This document shows positions 17,562 to 26,644 of a stretch of 39,750 bases of DNA, one piece after another. The notes beneath the pieces are model-generated. The model ran no database searches. It saw only the letters and a list, made by a program, of their open reading frames with translations, and had not been told where the DNA came from. A program made the position numbers and the translations under genes. The stretch comes from Desulfobacteraceae bacterium UBA5852. GTDB lineage: Bacteria; Desulfobacterota; Desulfobacteria; Desulfobacterales; UBA5852. Positions within the stretch are counted from its first letter, which is position 1; the number at the start of each line of letters is the position of its first letter. The stretch spans positions 19,392 through 59,141 of the forward strand of contig DJGG01000040.1 of assembly GCA_002432195.1 (NCBI GenBank). Reading direction: 5' to 3'.

Positions 17562-18407
17562 ATGAATTCTGGCATACTTTATCGGAGGTCAGCTTTTACG
17601 GACAACCCAAGGGGTGGTAATCCCGCCGGAGTTTGGGTTGGTGAGACATTGCCGTCTGCAGATGTTATGCAGCGAATTGCGGCCGAAGTCGGTTACTCCG
17701 AGACTGCTTTTGTGGCACCGACTAGCGGACAGAACCGAACGATTCGTTACTATAGTCCTGAGATGGAGGTGCCCTTTTGTGGTCACGCTACTATTGCGAC
17801 AGGTGTAGTGCTCGGCGAGACCGAAGGGAACGGCACATATCGATTAGCAACTGCTGTGGGGGAGGTCTCCATCACCGTTCAGTCCCAAGGGGGGGTACGT
17901 GAAGCCTCCTTGACTTCAGTGGAGCCAAAGTACACAGGTGCTTCCGATGTACTTGTCAACGAAGTGCTCTCCGCGCTTGGCTGGCAATCCAGTGATGTAG
18001 ATGGCTCAATTCCTCCAGCCAGAGCTTACGCCGGGGCATGGCATTTGGTATTGGCCGTCAATGATCCGCATAGACTGGCCAAGTTAAATTATGACTTTGA
18101 GAGACTGAAGGCTCTTATGCTACGAGAAGGACTTATTACGCTACAATTGGTGTGGCGAGAGAGTACGAATGTATTTCACTCTCGCAACCCGTTTCCAGTA
18201 GGTGGGGTTGTGGAAGACCCAGCCACGGGCGCGGCGGCAGCAGCGCTTGGGGGGTATCTCCGAGAAGCCGAACTCATCGCTGTGCCCGCCACCATTTTCA
18301 TCCGTCAAGGTGAAGCGATGGGCCGTCCGAGCCGACTGACAGTCGAAATACCTGCTACAGGAGGAATTGTGGTAAGGGGTACTGCGGTTCCGATTGAGGC
18401 AGAGTAA
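17562..18407 (+). CDS. PhzF family phenazine-biosynthesis-like isomerase
   Basis: 281 aa with F.....GGNPAGV, GYSETAFV, FCGHATIA and EDPATGAAAAALGGYL. Confidence 0.85.
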   Translation: MNSGILYRRSAFTDNPRGGNPAGVWVGETLPSADVMQRIAAEVGYSETAFVAPTSGQNRTIRYYSPEMEVPFCGHATIATGVVLGETEGNGTYRLATAVGEVSITVQSQGGVREASLTSVEPKYTGASDVLVNEVLSALGWQSSDVDGSIPPARAYAGAWHLVLAVNDPHRLAKLNYDFERLKALMLREGLITLQLVWRESTNVFHSRNPFPVGGVVEDPATGAAAAALGGYLREAELIAVPATIFIRQGEAMGRPSRLTVEIPATGGIVVRGTAVPIEAE

Positions 18408-18524
18408 TGTCGAAGGAAGGTTGTGCCATCGAGTGCGGCTTCAATCCGTGACAACCGCCCAACAAATCGCTTCACTCGATTTTCACTCTGCTGGGCTTCG
18501 TGAAAACCAGTAACTCAACCGTAA

Positions 18525-18647
18525 TGGGAGCATGGTAAAATCAGTGTCGTATCGCCGGAAGGCCTGATCCTGCTCAAGTCTTTCCGCAAAAGCGGTCAGG
18601 ACCAGGACGACATTCGCTACTTGAGGAGCATTATCGATGAAGATTGA
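18525..18647 (+). pseudogene. C-terminal remnant of a nucleotidyltransferase-type (MNT/AbiEii-like) protein
   Basis: A short frame after a TAA reads WEHGKISVVSPEGLILLKSFRKSGQDQDDIRYLRSIIDED*. This resembles the ..V.V.S.E.LI..K......RPQD..DI..L tail of that family. The catalytic N-terminal part is missing. Confidence 0.4.
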
Positions 18648-18648
18648 T

Positions 18649-18804
18649 ATGAGTCCTGCGGCGGTAACGCTCCGACTGAGACAGGTCGCGCAACTCCGAA
18701 ACGCGTGCTTGGCACTTGCCAGATCGAGCGCTATCCTCGAGATTCGTAAGAAGAAAGCCTCCAACAAATTGGTGCAGAGGACATCGAAGGCGCTCGGCCG
18801 CTGA
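18649..18804 (+). CDS. Small hypothetical ORF (51 aa) following the nucleotidyltransferase remnant
   Basis: The ATG lies 2 nt after the preceding stop. MSPAAVTLRLRQVAQLRNACLALARSS... It is below the ORF-track size cut-off and has no RBS evidence. It may be part of the same decayed module. Confidence 0.25.
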   Translation: MSPAAVTLRLRQVAQLRNACLALARSSAILEIRKKKASNKLVQRTSKALGR

Positions 18805-18903
18805 TCATACCGTTCTGTGGCACGCTTCGCATTTTTCGTAAGGCCTTCAAAAATTTAATCTGATGCTTAGCATTAAAGACACCTTGAGTATTGGAGAAAT
18901 AAT

Positions 18904-19128
18904 ATGAAACAATGCAAAATAGTAGTTGAAAAACATCCCGACATATACGTTGCCTATCCGCTTGGTTTGAAAGGGGTGGTCGTGGGCCAGGGGGACTCAT
19001 ATGAATCCGCCTTGGAGGATGTAAAATCAGCCATTAAATTTCACATTGAAACTTTCGGACCAAGTGAAATCGATTCTGATCCACCCGTTCTTGAGGCGTT
19101 CATAGCTGAAGCGCGGGTTGCCGTCTAA
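18904..19128 (+). CDS. hicB: HicB family antitoxin (UPF0150 fold)
   Basis: 74 aa. ..YVAYPLGLKGVVVGQGDSYESALEDVKSAIKFHIE.. Its stop overlaps the hicA start (TAATG). Confidence 0.8.
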   Translation: MKQCKIVVEKHPDIYVAYPLGLKGVVVGQGDSYESALEDVKSAIKFHIETFGPSEIDSDPPVLEAFIAEARVAV

Positions 19129-19364
19129 TGGCAAAATTTCCCGCTGACGCTCCGATACGTAAAGTCGTGACCACTTTGGAACAACTTGGATTTCGGTTGG
19201 TTCGGGAAGGGAACCACATTGCGATGTTGAGGGAAAATTCTGATGGCACACGCACACCACTAACAATTCCGAATCATCCGCTTCTAAAGAGGTCGACTTT
19301 ACGAACGATTCTTACCCAATCTAAAATTTCAAGAGAAGATTTTTTAAGAGTGTATTTCTCTTGA
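19128..19364 (+). CDS. hicA: HicA family mRNA-interferase toxin
   Basis: 78 aa. ..VVTTLEQLGFRLVREGNHIAMLRE..GTRTPLTIPNHP.LKRSTLRTIL.. is the canonical HicA/YcfA pattern. Confidence 0.85.
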   Translation: MAKFPADAPIRKVVTTLEQLGFRLVREGNHIAMLRENSDGTRTPLTIPNHPLLKRSTLRTILTQSKISREDFLRVYFS

Positions 19365-19460
19365 AAAGCTGAGAGAAGCTACAGATCGCCGCTCGGCGGT
19401 AAGGCCTCGCGTTAGCCAATTGCGCCTGGCCGGTGCTTGATTTGATTCCCTTCGGGCCTC

Positions 19461-19493
19461 TTGACATTCTAAATGCGATATAGCAAATATCGC
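19461..19493 (+). promoter_or_regulatory. Candidate hsdM promoter with an overlapping palindromic operator
   Basis: TTGACA at 19461-19466. Perfect 7-bp inverted repeat GCGATAT-agcaa-ATATCGC at 19475-19493, ending 4 nt before the hsdM ATG. No Shine-Dalgarno is present. A possible -10, CAAATA, lies at 19484-19489 with 17-nt spacing, which would give a near-leaderless mRNA. Confidence 0.4.
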
Positions 19494-19497
19494 AAAC

Positions 19498-21357
19498 ATG
19501 ACAAATCCACAAACCATCGCCGCCACCTTGCGGGCCATCCGCGCCCATCTCGATCTCACCCAGGAACAGCTTGCTGAACGCCTCGGGGTCTCCTTTGCCA
19601 CCGTCAACCGGTGGGAAGGCGGGGCCACCTTGCCGCAGAAGGCGGCCCGCGCCACCATCGCGGCGCTGGCCAAAGAGGCTGGCGTGGACCAGGACGCGCC
19701 GGCAACGGAGCCCGTAGAGGCGGCGGCCCAGGTCACGCGGCGGCGCCGCAAAGGCGGCCGCGCGGCTGCGGCGGCCAACCACGCCGGTTCCACCAAGCCC
19801 ATGGAGCAGATGCTCTGGGACGCGGCCTGCTCCATCCGGGGGGAAAAGGATGCGGCCAAGTTCAAGGACTTCCTGCTGCCGCTCCTTTTCCTGAAGCGCC
19901 TGTCGGACGTGTTCGACGACGAGCTCGACCGCCTGGCCGAGGAGTACGGGGACCGGGACACCGCGCTGGAGATCGCCGAAGGGGACCACAGTCTTCTGCG
20001 CTTCTACCTGCCGCCGGAGGCGCGCTGGGCCGTCATCAGCGGGCGCGAGCCGTATGCCTGGCCCGCGGACGACCAAGGCCGCGAAACCCGCCCCAAAGAC
20101 ATCGGCCAGCACCTCACCAAAGCCGTGCGGGCCGTGGTGCGGCAGAACCCGACGCTTGCGGGCGTCATCGACCTGGTGGACTTCGCCGCGGAGCGCAACG
20201 GCGAGCGCGACGTCAACCCGGCCAAGCTGCGCGAGGTGGTGGAAACCTTCTCCGACCCCCGCTACCGCCTGGGCCTGGCCGATGTGCAGCCGGATTTCCT
20301 GGGCCGGGCCTACGAGTACCTCCTGCGGAAATTCGCGGAAGGCTCGGGCCAGAGTGCGGGCGAGTTCTTCACTCCCACAGAGGTGGGCTTCCTGATGGCC
20401 CACATCCTGCGCCCCCGACCCGGCGAGGAGTGCCACGACTACGCCTGCGGCTCGGCCGGGCTGCTGGTGAAGCTCCAGCTCGTCGCCCGGGAGCTCGATC
20501 CCACCGCCAAGGTGCCCCTCAAGCTTTATGGTCAGGAGCTCACGGCCGAGGGCTACGCCGTGGCCCAGATGAACGCCATCATCCACGACATGAACGTGGA
20601 GATGGCCCGCGGCGACACCATGATCAACCCCAAGTTCAAGACCGCCGACAGCCGGATCCGCACCTACGACATCGTGGTGGCCAACCCCATGTGGAACCAG
20701 CCCTTCAACCCGGGCCTCTTCGCCGACGACCCCTTCGACCGTTTCCGCACCCAGGGCGGCACCACCACCGGCAAGGGAGACTGGGCCTGGCTCCAGCACA
20801 CCCTGGCCTGCCTGAACGACCGGGGCCGGGCGGCCGTGGTGCTGGACACCGGCGCCATGACCCGCGGCTCGGGCTCCAAGAACGAAGACAAGGAGCGCAA
20901 CATCCGCAAGTGGTTCGTGGACCGGGATCTCATCGACGGCGTGATCCTGCTCCCGGACAACCTTTTCTACAACACCACCGCGGCAGGCGTGATCGTGGTG
21001 CTCTCCCGGCGCAAGCCGGCCGCCCGCAAGGACCGCCTCGTGCTCCTGAACGCCTCCCGCAGGGTGCAGAAGGGGCGGCCCAAGAACTACATCCCGGAAG
21101 ACGCCCTCCGCCCCCTGGCCGCGGCCTTCCTCAAGGGCGAGCCGGTGGAGGGCGAGATCGCCGTCATCACCCGCCAGCAGGCCGCGGAGGCCGACTACAA
21201 CTTGAGCCCGAGCCGGTGGGTGGGGCAGGCCAGCTCGTCCGAGGTCGGTTCGGTGAGCGCCCTGGTCCGCGAACTGGCGGAGCTCGACAGCGAAGCCCGG
21301 CGCCTCTCGGCAGCGATTTCCAAACTGTTGGCGGGGGTGGCCGATGAGCCTGTTTGA
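19498..21357 (+). CDS. hsdM: Type I restriction-modification methyltransferase subunit HsdM with an N-terminal XRE-type HTH extension
   Basis: 619 aa. Residues 1-60 are an HTH ([25 protein letters not shown]), followed by an Ala/Arg-rich linker. The canonical HsdM_N begins at M102 (ATG 19801, [14 protein letters not shown]..). Motifs [13 protein letters not shown] (motif I) and NPMW (motif IV). Confidence 0.92.
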   Translation: MTNPQTIAATLRAIRAHLDLTQEQLAERLGVSFATVNRWEGGATLPQKAARATIAALAKEAGVDQDAPATEPVEAAAQVTRRRRKGGRAAAAANHAGSTKPMEQMLWDAACSIRGEKDAAKFKDFLLPLLFLKRLSDVFDDELDRLAEEYGDRDTALEIAEGDHSLLRFYLPPEARWAVISGREPYAWPADDQGRETRPKDIGQHLTKAVRAVVRQNPTLAGVIDLVDFAAERNGERDVNPAKLREVVETFSDPRYRLGLADVQPDFLGRAYEYLLRKFAEGSGQSAGEFFTPTEVGFLMAHILRPRPGEECHDYACGSAGLLVKLQLVARELDPTAKVPLKLYGQELTAEGYAVAQMNAIIHDMNVEMARGDTMINPKFKTADSRIRTYDIVVANPMWNQPFNPGLFADDPFDRFRTQGGTTTGKGDWAWLQHTLACLNDRGRAAVVLDTGAMTRGSGSKNEDKERNIRKWFVDRDLIDGVILLPDNLFYNTTAAGVIVVLSRRKPAARKDRLVLLNASRRVQKGRPKNYIPEDALRPLAAAFLKGEPVEGEIAVITRQQAAEADYNLSPSRWVGQASSSEVGSVSALVRELAELDSEARRLSAAISKLLAGVADEPV

Positions 21358-22639
21358 AGCCGATCTCGGTGAAGGCCGGCAGTGGTCCCGCGTCGGAGAC
21401 GGGTACTGTGTCACCCGGAAGCCGCGGGGCCTTGACCGGTCGGCTTTTCCGGAGATCCCCTTCGCTGCCATGGAGGCGATTCCCCAGGGGGGCGCCTACG
21501 CGCCGGTGTTCACCATGAAGCCGCCCGAGGCGATCGCCAGCGGAACTTACTTTGAACGGGGGGATATCCTCGTCGGCAAGATCACGCCCTCCTTCGAGAA
21601 TGGAAAGCAGGCCCTGGTAAACGATTTGCCGGCGCCCTTCGGCTACGCCACCACCGAGGTCATCCCCCTTCGCCCGCGTGACGACGGGCACGACCCGCGG
21701 CTGCTCTTCTTCTACCTGCTTCATCCGGATGTCCGGCATTACGTCGCCGAGCGCATGGAAGGCTCGACCGGCCGCAAACGAGTTCCCGAGAACGTGCTGC
21801 TCGATCTGCCGATTCCGTTGTTGGATCTTGAAGTCCAAGTGGCAATGGCCGACGCACTCGAGGCCATCCAACAGGCATCGTCGGCGGAAAGTCGATGCGA
21901 ACTTATGGCTCAGGATCTCAAACGCTCGGCCATGCGGGTGCTGTTCACGCGCGGGGTTAATGGCGAGGCGCAGAAGGAGACTGAGATTGGCCCGGTGCCG
22001 GAGAGTTGGGAGCAGATGCCAATATCTGCCCTTGGACAAATTATTACGGGAAACACTCCTCCGACAAAAGACATAGCGAACTATGTAAATGGCGAGATTC
22101 CCTTCATTGCGCCTGGTGACATCGAACACGGTAGGGCGATTACGTGGACAGAAAAGTTCGTCACTAAGAAGGGACTGGAAAAGTCGCGACCCATTAAAGG
22201 CGGTGCTACGTGCTTCGTTTGTATCGGATCGACTATCGGAAAAGTCGGATTTGCAACAGCGCAGGTCTGTGTGACCAACCAACAAATTAATTCAATAATC
22301 CCAAATGATAGGTTTGATCCGCTGTTTGTTTTTTTCCTCATGACATATTGGGCCGACCAGATTAGGAAAGAGGCCTCACCGAGTCCGGTTCCAATATTGA
22401 GCAAAGGTGTTTTCCAACAGATTGAGATTTTTTCCTCAGTGGATAAAGTGGAGCAAAAGAAGACTTCTACTGTTTTAGCTGCCATCGACCGCAAAATCGA
22501 CCTCCACCGCCACAAGCGCGCGGTGCTGGACGAGCTTTTCAAGGCGCTGCTCCACAAGCTGATGACCGGCGAGATCCACGTGGCCGATCTCGACCTCTCG
22601 GCGCTATCCCCGCAGGCTTTCTCTGAGGTCGCGGTGTGA
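21344..22639 (+). CDS. hsdS: Type I R-M specificity subunit HsdS (two target-recognition domains)
   Basis: 431 aa, overlapping the hsdM end by 14 nt. TRD1, a central conserved helix, TRD2, and a C-terminal conserved helix (..[19 protein letters not shown]). The TRD2 coding DNA (about 21990-22490) is visibly AT-rich compared with the rest of the gene. Confidence 0.9.
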   Translation: MSLFEADLGEGRQWSRVGDGYCVTRKPRGLDRSAFPEIPFAAMEAIPQGGAYAPVFTMKPPEAIASGTYFERGDILVGKITPSFENGKQALVNDLPAPFGYATTEVIPLRPRDDGHDPRLLFFYLLHPDVRHYVAERMEGSTGRKRVPENVLLDLPIPLLDLEVQVAMADALEAIQQASSAESRCELMAQDLKRSAMRVLFTRGVNGEAQKETEIGPVPESWEQMPISALGQIITGNTPPTKDIANYVNGEIPFIAPGDIEHGRAITWTEKFVTKKGLEKSRPIKGGATCFVCIGSTIGKVGFATAQVCVTNQQINSIIPNDRFDPLFVFFLMTYWADQIRKEASPSPVPILSKGVFQQIEIFSSVDKVEQKKTSTVLAAIDRKIDLHRHKRAVLDELFKALLHKLMTGEIHVADLDLSALSPQAFSEVAV

Positions 22640-22824
22640 AGGGGCTCTTTGTCGACGCGTCAGGGGAGAGCAGCCAGCCGGGTTGATTCCCACAGCAAAT
22701 TCTGCGGGATTTGCCGGGGTGAGATCAATGTGAAGGCCTTCGCGTCCGGCCAAAATGAAGGGGCCAGCCCCTGCTACGCAGTGACCAGCCCACGCGGCTA
22801 CAGTGGCATCAGGGCTGCTGGCCG

Positions 22825-22976
22825 TCAAGAGGCTGTGGATAACCGGCGCCTAAGTCCGAAATGCGGCGTTGCGGCCCTCGCGAAATTGCTCACAACCCCT
22901 TTAGGGTTGCTCCGCTTTTCGCATCGGGCCGCGCCTTGCCTTTCGTCCTGATGCTTGTTTATCCACAGCCTCTCAA
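22825..22976. repeat. MITE-like element: 14-15-bp perfect terminal inverted repeats, partly palindromic interior, flanked by TCAA on both sides
   Basis: GAGGCTGTGGATAA (22829-22842) and TTATCCACAGCCTC (22959-22972) are exact reverse complements. TCAA sits at 22825-22828 and 22973-22976. The interior halves are partially complementary around a central CAACCC-cttta-GGGTTG. It lies in the 470-bp hsdS-hsdR gap. Confidence 0.6.
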
Positions 22977-23020
22977 GGGATACGGGTCCGGCAATGCACG
23001 AAATGCCGCTTCCGGCTCTA

Positions 23021-23088
23021 TTCGTCTCGCGAAACCCCACTTCGTGAGACGAAAACCGGCTTTTTAAGAATCTGTGAGACGAAACCGG
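23021..23088 (+). promoter_or_regulatory. Three copies of a GAGACGAA-containing motif upstream of hsdR
   Basis: TTCGTCTCGCGAAA (23021-23034, inverted orientation), GTGAGACGAAAACCGG (23044-23059) and GTGAGACGAAACCGG (23074-23088). The last copy ends 22 nt before the hsdR ATG. Confidence 0.45.
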
Positions 23089-23110
23089 CAGACCGAGGGG
23101 TGACCCCGCC

Positions 23111-26056
23111 ATGCCCGAGCTCAAGATCAGCGAGGCCGGCACCGTTCAGTTTCCCATGGTGAGCCACGCCGCCGCCCTGGGCTGGGCGACCATCCCCCCC
23201 GAGGCCGCCCGGCGGAAGCGCGGCGGCGAGGCCGGCATGCTGTTCCGCGACGAGCTCGAAGGGGCGCTTGCCCGGTTCAACCCCTGGATGCCGGCCGACG
23301 CGGTGCACCAGGTGATGGAGAAGATCGAAGCCATCCCCCCCACCATCGAGGGGAACCGCGAGGTGCTGGCCTGGCTGCGGGGGGAGCGGCAGTGGTACGA
23401 CCAGGAGGAGAAGCGCCACCGCCGGGTGCAGATCGTGGACTTCGACGCACCGGGCCGGAACGTCTTCCATGTCACCTGGGAATGGGTGATCAAGCCGCCC
23501 GCCCGCAAGGGCAACCGGGCCGATGTGATGTTTGTGCTCAACGGGGTGCCGGTCTGCCTGGTGGAGCACAAGAACCCCAAGGACGGCGCCGCCCTCGACC
23601 GGGGCGTGACCCAGCTCCGGCGCTACGAAAAAGAGACCCCCGAGCTGATCGGCGCGCCCCAGCTCTTCAACGTCACCCACCTGCTGGATTACTGGTACGG
23701 CGTCACCTGGAACGCCAACCGGCGGTACATGGCGCGCTGGAAGCAGGCGCCCGAGGAAACTTACCAATTTGCGGTGCAGTCGTTTTTCGAGCCCACCGAC
23801 TTCCTGCGCACCCTCCGGGATTGGATCCTATTTTACGTAGAGGACGGCGAGACGCGGAAGTCGGTCCTGCGCCAGCACCAGCGCACCGCCATCGACAAGA
23901 TCGTGGCGCGGTGCGCCGAGGCGGGCCGGCGGCGGGGGCTGGTCTGGCACACCCAGGGCTCGGGCAAGACCTTCACGCTGTTGACGGCCGCCCGGCTCAT
24001 CCTGGAGGCCAAGGAGCGGTTCCGGAACGCCACCGTCATCCTGGTGGTGGACCGCACGGAGCTTGAAGGGCAGCTCAAGGGCTGGGTGGAGAAGCTCCTG
24101 GGGGAGATGCAGCAGCAGGATATCCCGGTGTGGCGGGCGGGCTCCCGGGCCGAGGTGCAGGCGCTGCTCTCAACCGACAAGCGCGGCCTGATCCTTTCGA
24201 TGATCCACAAGTTTGAGGGGATCGACAAGGACGCCAACACCCGGGACAACATCTACGTCTTCATCGACGAAGCCCACCGCTCGGTGGCCAGGGACCTCGG
24301 CACCTACATGATGGCGGCGGTGCCGCGGGCCACCATTGTCGGCTTCACCGGCACCCCCATCGCCAGGACGGCCCAGGGGGAGGGCACCTTCAAGATCTTC
24401 GGCGCCGACGACGAGCTGGGCTACCTGGACAAGTACTCCATCCGCGAGTCCATCGAGGACGAAACCACCCTCCCCATCCGGCACACCATGGCCCCCAGCG
24501 GGATGACCGTGCCGGCCGAGCGCCTGGACAAGGAATTCTTCGAGCTGGCCGCCGCCGAGGGCGTCACCGACATCGACGAGCTGAACAAGGTGCTCGACCG
24601 GGCCGTGGGGCTGCGCACCTTCCTCACCGCCGGCGACCGCATCCGGAAGGTGGCCGCCTTCGTGGCGGAGCACTTCCGGGAGAAGGTGCTGCCCCTGGGC
24701 TACAAGGCGTTTCTCGTGGGCGTGAACCGCGAAGCCTGCGCCAAGTACAAGCGCGCCCTGGACCAGCTCCTGCCCCCCGCGTGGACGGAGGCGGTCTACA
24801 CCGAGAACGCGGCGGACGTGGTGGAGCGTCCCCTGGTGGCCGAGGTGCAGCTTTCGCTCCAGCGGGAGGCGGACGTGCGCCTGATGTTCAGGAAGGCCGG
24901 CGAAAACCCGAAAATCCTCATCGTCACGGACAAGCTCCTCACGGGCTACGACGCTCCGCTGCTCTACTGCATGTACCTCGACAAGCCCATGCGGGACCAT
25001 GTGCTCCTCCAGGCCATCGCGCGGGTGAACCGGCCCTATGTGGATGCCAACGGCGTGCCCAAGCGCGTGGGCCTGGTGGTGGACTTCGTGGGCGTCCTGC
25101 GGGAGCTGAAAAAGGCACTCCAGTTCGACAGCGCGGATGTGAGCGGGGTGATCGAGGACCTGGACCTGCTGCTCGGGGATCTTCTCTCCAGGATCGCCGC
25201 GGCCAGGACGGATTACCTCGAAACCGGGGACGGAGCCGGCGCGGACGAAGGCCTGGAAAAGCTGGTCTACGGCCGTTTCCTGGACCCCGAGCCCCGCAAG
25301 GCGTTTTTTGCGGCCTACAAGGAGATCGAGGCGCTCTGGGAGATCCTGTCCCCCTCCCCGGAGCTGCGGGACCATATTCCCACCTTCAAGCGCCTCGCCC
25401 AGCTCTACGCCACGGTGCGCAACGCCTACGCGGCCCGCGTCGGGTACGTGGCCGATCTGGCCTACAAGACCGGGGAACTGGTGAAAGACAATGTGACCCA
25501 GTATGGGCTTGGCCGGGTGATCAAAACCGTGACCTTCGACGTGCCGACCCTGGAGGGGCTGCGCCGGGAATCCGGCTCGGATGAAGCCAAGGTCTTCAAC
25601 CTCGTCCGCGGCCTGCAGAAGGAGATCGACGAGGATCCCAACGCCGCACCGGTGCTGCAGACCCTGAAGGAGCGCGCCGAACGCATCCTGGAGGACCTGG
25701 AGAACCGCAAAACCACCGGTCTCGCGGCCATGGACGAGCTGGCGGCCCTGGCCCGGGAGAAGGAAGAAGCGACAAAGGCGGCCAAGGAAAGCGGGCTGTC
25801 CAGCCGTGCTTTCGGGGTCTACTGGATGTTCCGGGATCACCAGGCCCTGCGTGGGGCGGGCATTGCCGCCATGGATCTGGCCAGGGAATCCGAAGCGCTG
25901 CTCACCCGCTTCCCCAACGCCCGGGTCAATCCCGACGAGCAGCGCCGGCTCCGCGCGGCCCTCTACCGTCCCCTGCTGGGGTTGGACCAAGAGGATCGGG
26001 GCCGGGTGGTGGACATCGTGCTGGCGATCCTGCTGAACGGCGGCGGCGATGCGTGA
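23111..26056 (+). CDS. hsdR: Type I restriction endonuclease subunit HsdR (nuclease + SF2 helicase/translocase)
   Basis: 981 aa. N-terminal nuclease region (..[17 protein letters not shown]), helicase motif I HTQGSGKT, motif [10 protein letters not shown], and later motifs [11 protein letters not shown] and Q.I.RVNR. Confidence 0.93.
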   Translation: MPELKISEAGTVQFPMVSHAAALGWATIPPEAARRKRGGEAGMLFRDELEGALARFNPWMPADAVHQVMEKIEAIPPTIEGNREVLAWLRGERQWYDQEEKRHRRVQIVDFDAPGRNVFHVTWEWVIKPPARKGNRADVMFVLNGVPVCLVEHKNPKDGAALDRGVTQLRRYEKETPELIGAPQLFNVTHLLDYWYGVTWNANRRYMARWKQAPEETYQFAVQSFFEPTDFLRTLRDWILFYVEDGETRKSVLRQHQRTAIDKIVARCAEAGRRRGLVWHTQGSGKTFTLLTAARLILEAKERFRNATVILVVDRTELEGQLKGWVEKLLGEMQQQDIPVWRAGSRAEVQALLSTDKRGLILSMIHKFEGIDKDANTRDNIYVFIDEAHRSVARDLGTYMMAAVPRATIVGFTGTPIARTAQGEGTFKIFGADDELGYLDKYSIRESIEDETTLPIRHTMAPSGMTVPAERLDKEFFELAAAEGVTDIDELNKVLDRAVGLRTFLTAGDRIRKVAAFVAEHFREKVLPLGYKAFLVGVNREACAKYKRALDQLLPPAWTEAVYTENAADVVERPLVAEVQLSLQREADVRLMFRKAGENPKILIVTDKLLTGYDAPLLYCMYLDKPMRDHVLLQAIARVNRPYVDANGVPKRVGLVVDFVGVLRELKKALQFDSADVSGVIEDLDLLLGDLLSRIAAARTDYLETGDGAGADEGLEKLVYGRFLDPEPRKAFFAAYKEIEALWEILSPSPELRDHIPTFKRLAQLYATVRNAYAARVGYVADLAYKTGELVKDNVTQYGLGRVIKTVTFDVPTLEGLRRESGSDEAKVFNLVRGLQKEIDEDPNAAPVLQTLKERAERILEDLENRKTTGLAAMDELAALAREKEEATKAAKESGLSSRAFGVYWMFRDHQALRGAGIAAMDLARESEALLTRFPNARVNPDEQRRLRAALYRPLLGLDQEDRGRVVDIVLAILLNGGGDA

Positions 26057-26348
26057 CCGCGACGAACGGCGCGCCAGGCTTCGGGAGCGCGTGAATCACT
26101 GGGCCAGCAGGTTGAGGACGGAACCTAAGGTCGTCCGCATCCAGCGCATGACGAGGAAGTGGGGATCCTGCTCCTTGACCGGCATCATCACCCTGGCCGA
26201 GGACCTAACGGAGCAGGAGCCCGAATTCCAAGACTTTGTCATTGCCCACGAGCTGCTGCACTTGCGGGTGCGAAGCCACGGAAAGGTGTTCAAGGCGTTG
26301 ATGAGCGTGCACCTTCCAGGGTGGCGGCAATATGGGTTGAACAAATGA
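26049..26348 (+). CDS. Short M48/YgjP-like (DUF45) zinc metallopeptidase
   Basis: 99 aa, overlapping the hsdR stop by 8 nt. Motifs RKWGSCS and HELLHL (HEXXH). It is shorter than typical YgjP proteins. Confidence 0.75.
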   Translation: MRDRDERRARLRERVNHWASRLRTEPKVVRIQRMTRKWGSCSLTGIITLAEDLTEQEPEFQDFVIAHELLHLRVRSHGKVFKALMSVHLPGWRQYGLNK

Positions 26349-26465
26349 GGACAAGAAACTTCAATGAAAATGGTCGAACTGAAAGAGCTCTTTCGGCGGG
26401 GCTGTCTCACCGGAAATGAAACACAATTAACAAGACGTCTCGATAATTGTGGTGTCAGTGGGAAA

Positions 26466-26617
26466 AGCGAGGGTATGCCAGAGAACGGGTAAGCCGAAAG
26501 AGAAAAGTAAGGGCTTGATAATAAGGTAAGTTTGTGTAGGCTGGTTTTTAGGCAGTGGAGTGGTTGCGGGAAATCCGACGGTCACAATTAACACGACGTC
26601 TGTTAAAGATTAATGTT
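26466..26617 (+). repeat. Copy B of the diverged ~150-bp direct repeat (partner at 16922-17072)
   Basis: Same ordered identical blocks as copy A. Promoter-like TTGATA (26515-26520), 16-nt spacer, TAGGCT (26537-26542). It begins with a relic of the copy-A ORF tail (..SEGMPENG* versus ..SEGVPENGRTQIA*). Confidence 0.85.
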
Positions 26618-26644
26618 ATGTGAAATCGCATAGAAAGGTTTCTG

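Noticed and set aside
22834-22967. Two perfect DnaA-box 9-mers (TGTGGATAA / TTATCCACA), considered as a replication origin or DnaA-regulated site
   Set aside because: They are simply the two arms of one inverted-repeat element inside an R-M operon. There is no AT-rich unwinding element, no box cluster and no dnaA/dnaN context.
26364-26492. 42-codon ORF (MKMVELKELFRRGCLTGNETQLTRRLDNCGVSGKSEGMPENG) after the peptidase gene
   Set aside because: Only its last ~8 codons resemble the tail of ORF 16475..16963, because they lie inside repeat copy B. There is no RBS and it is very short. It is better treated as a relic carried with the repeat.
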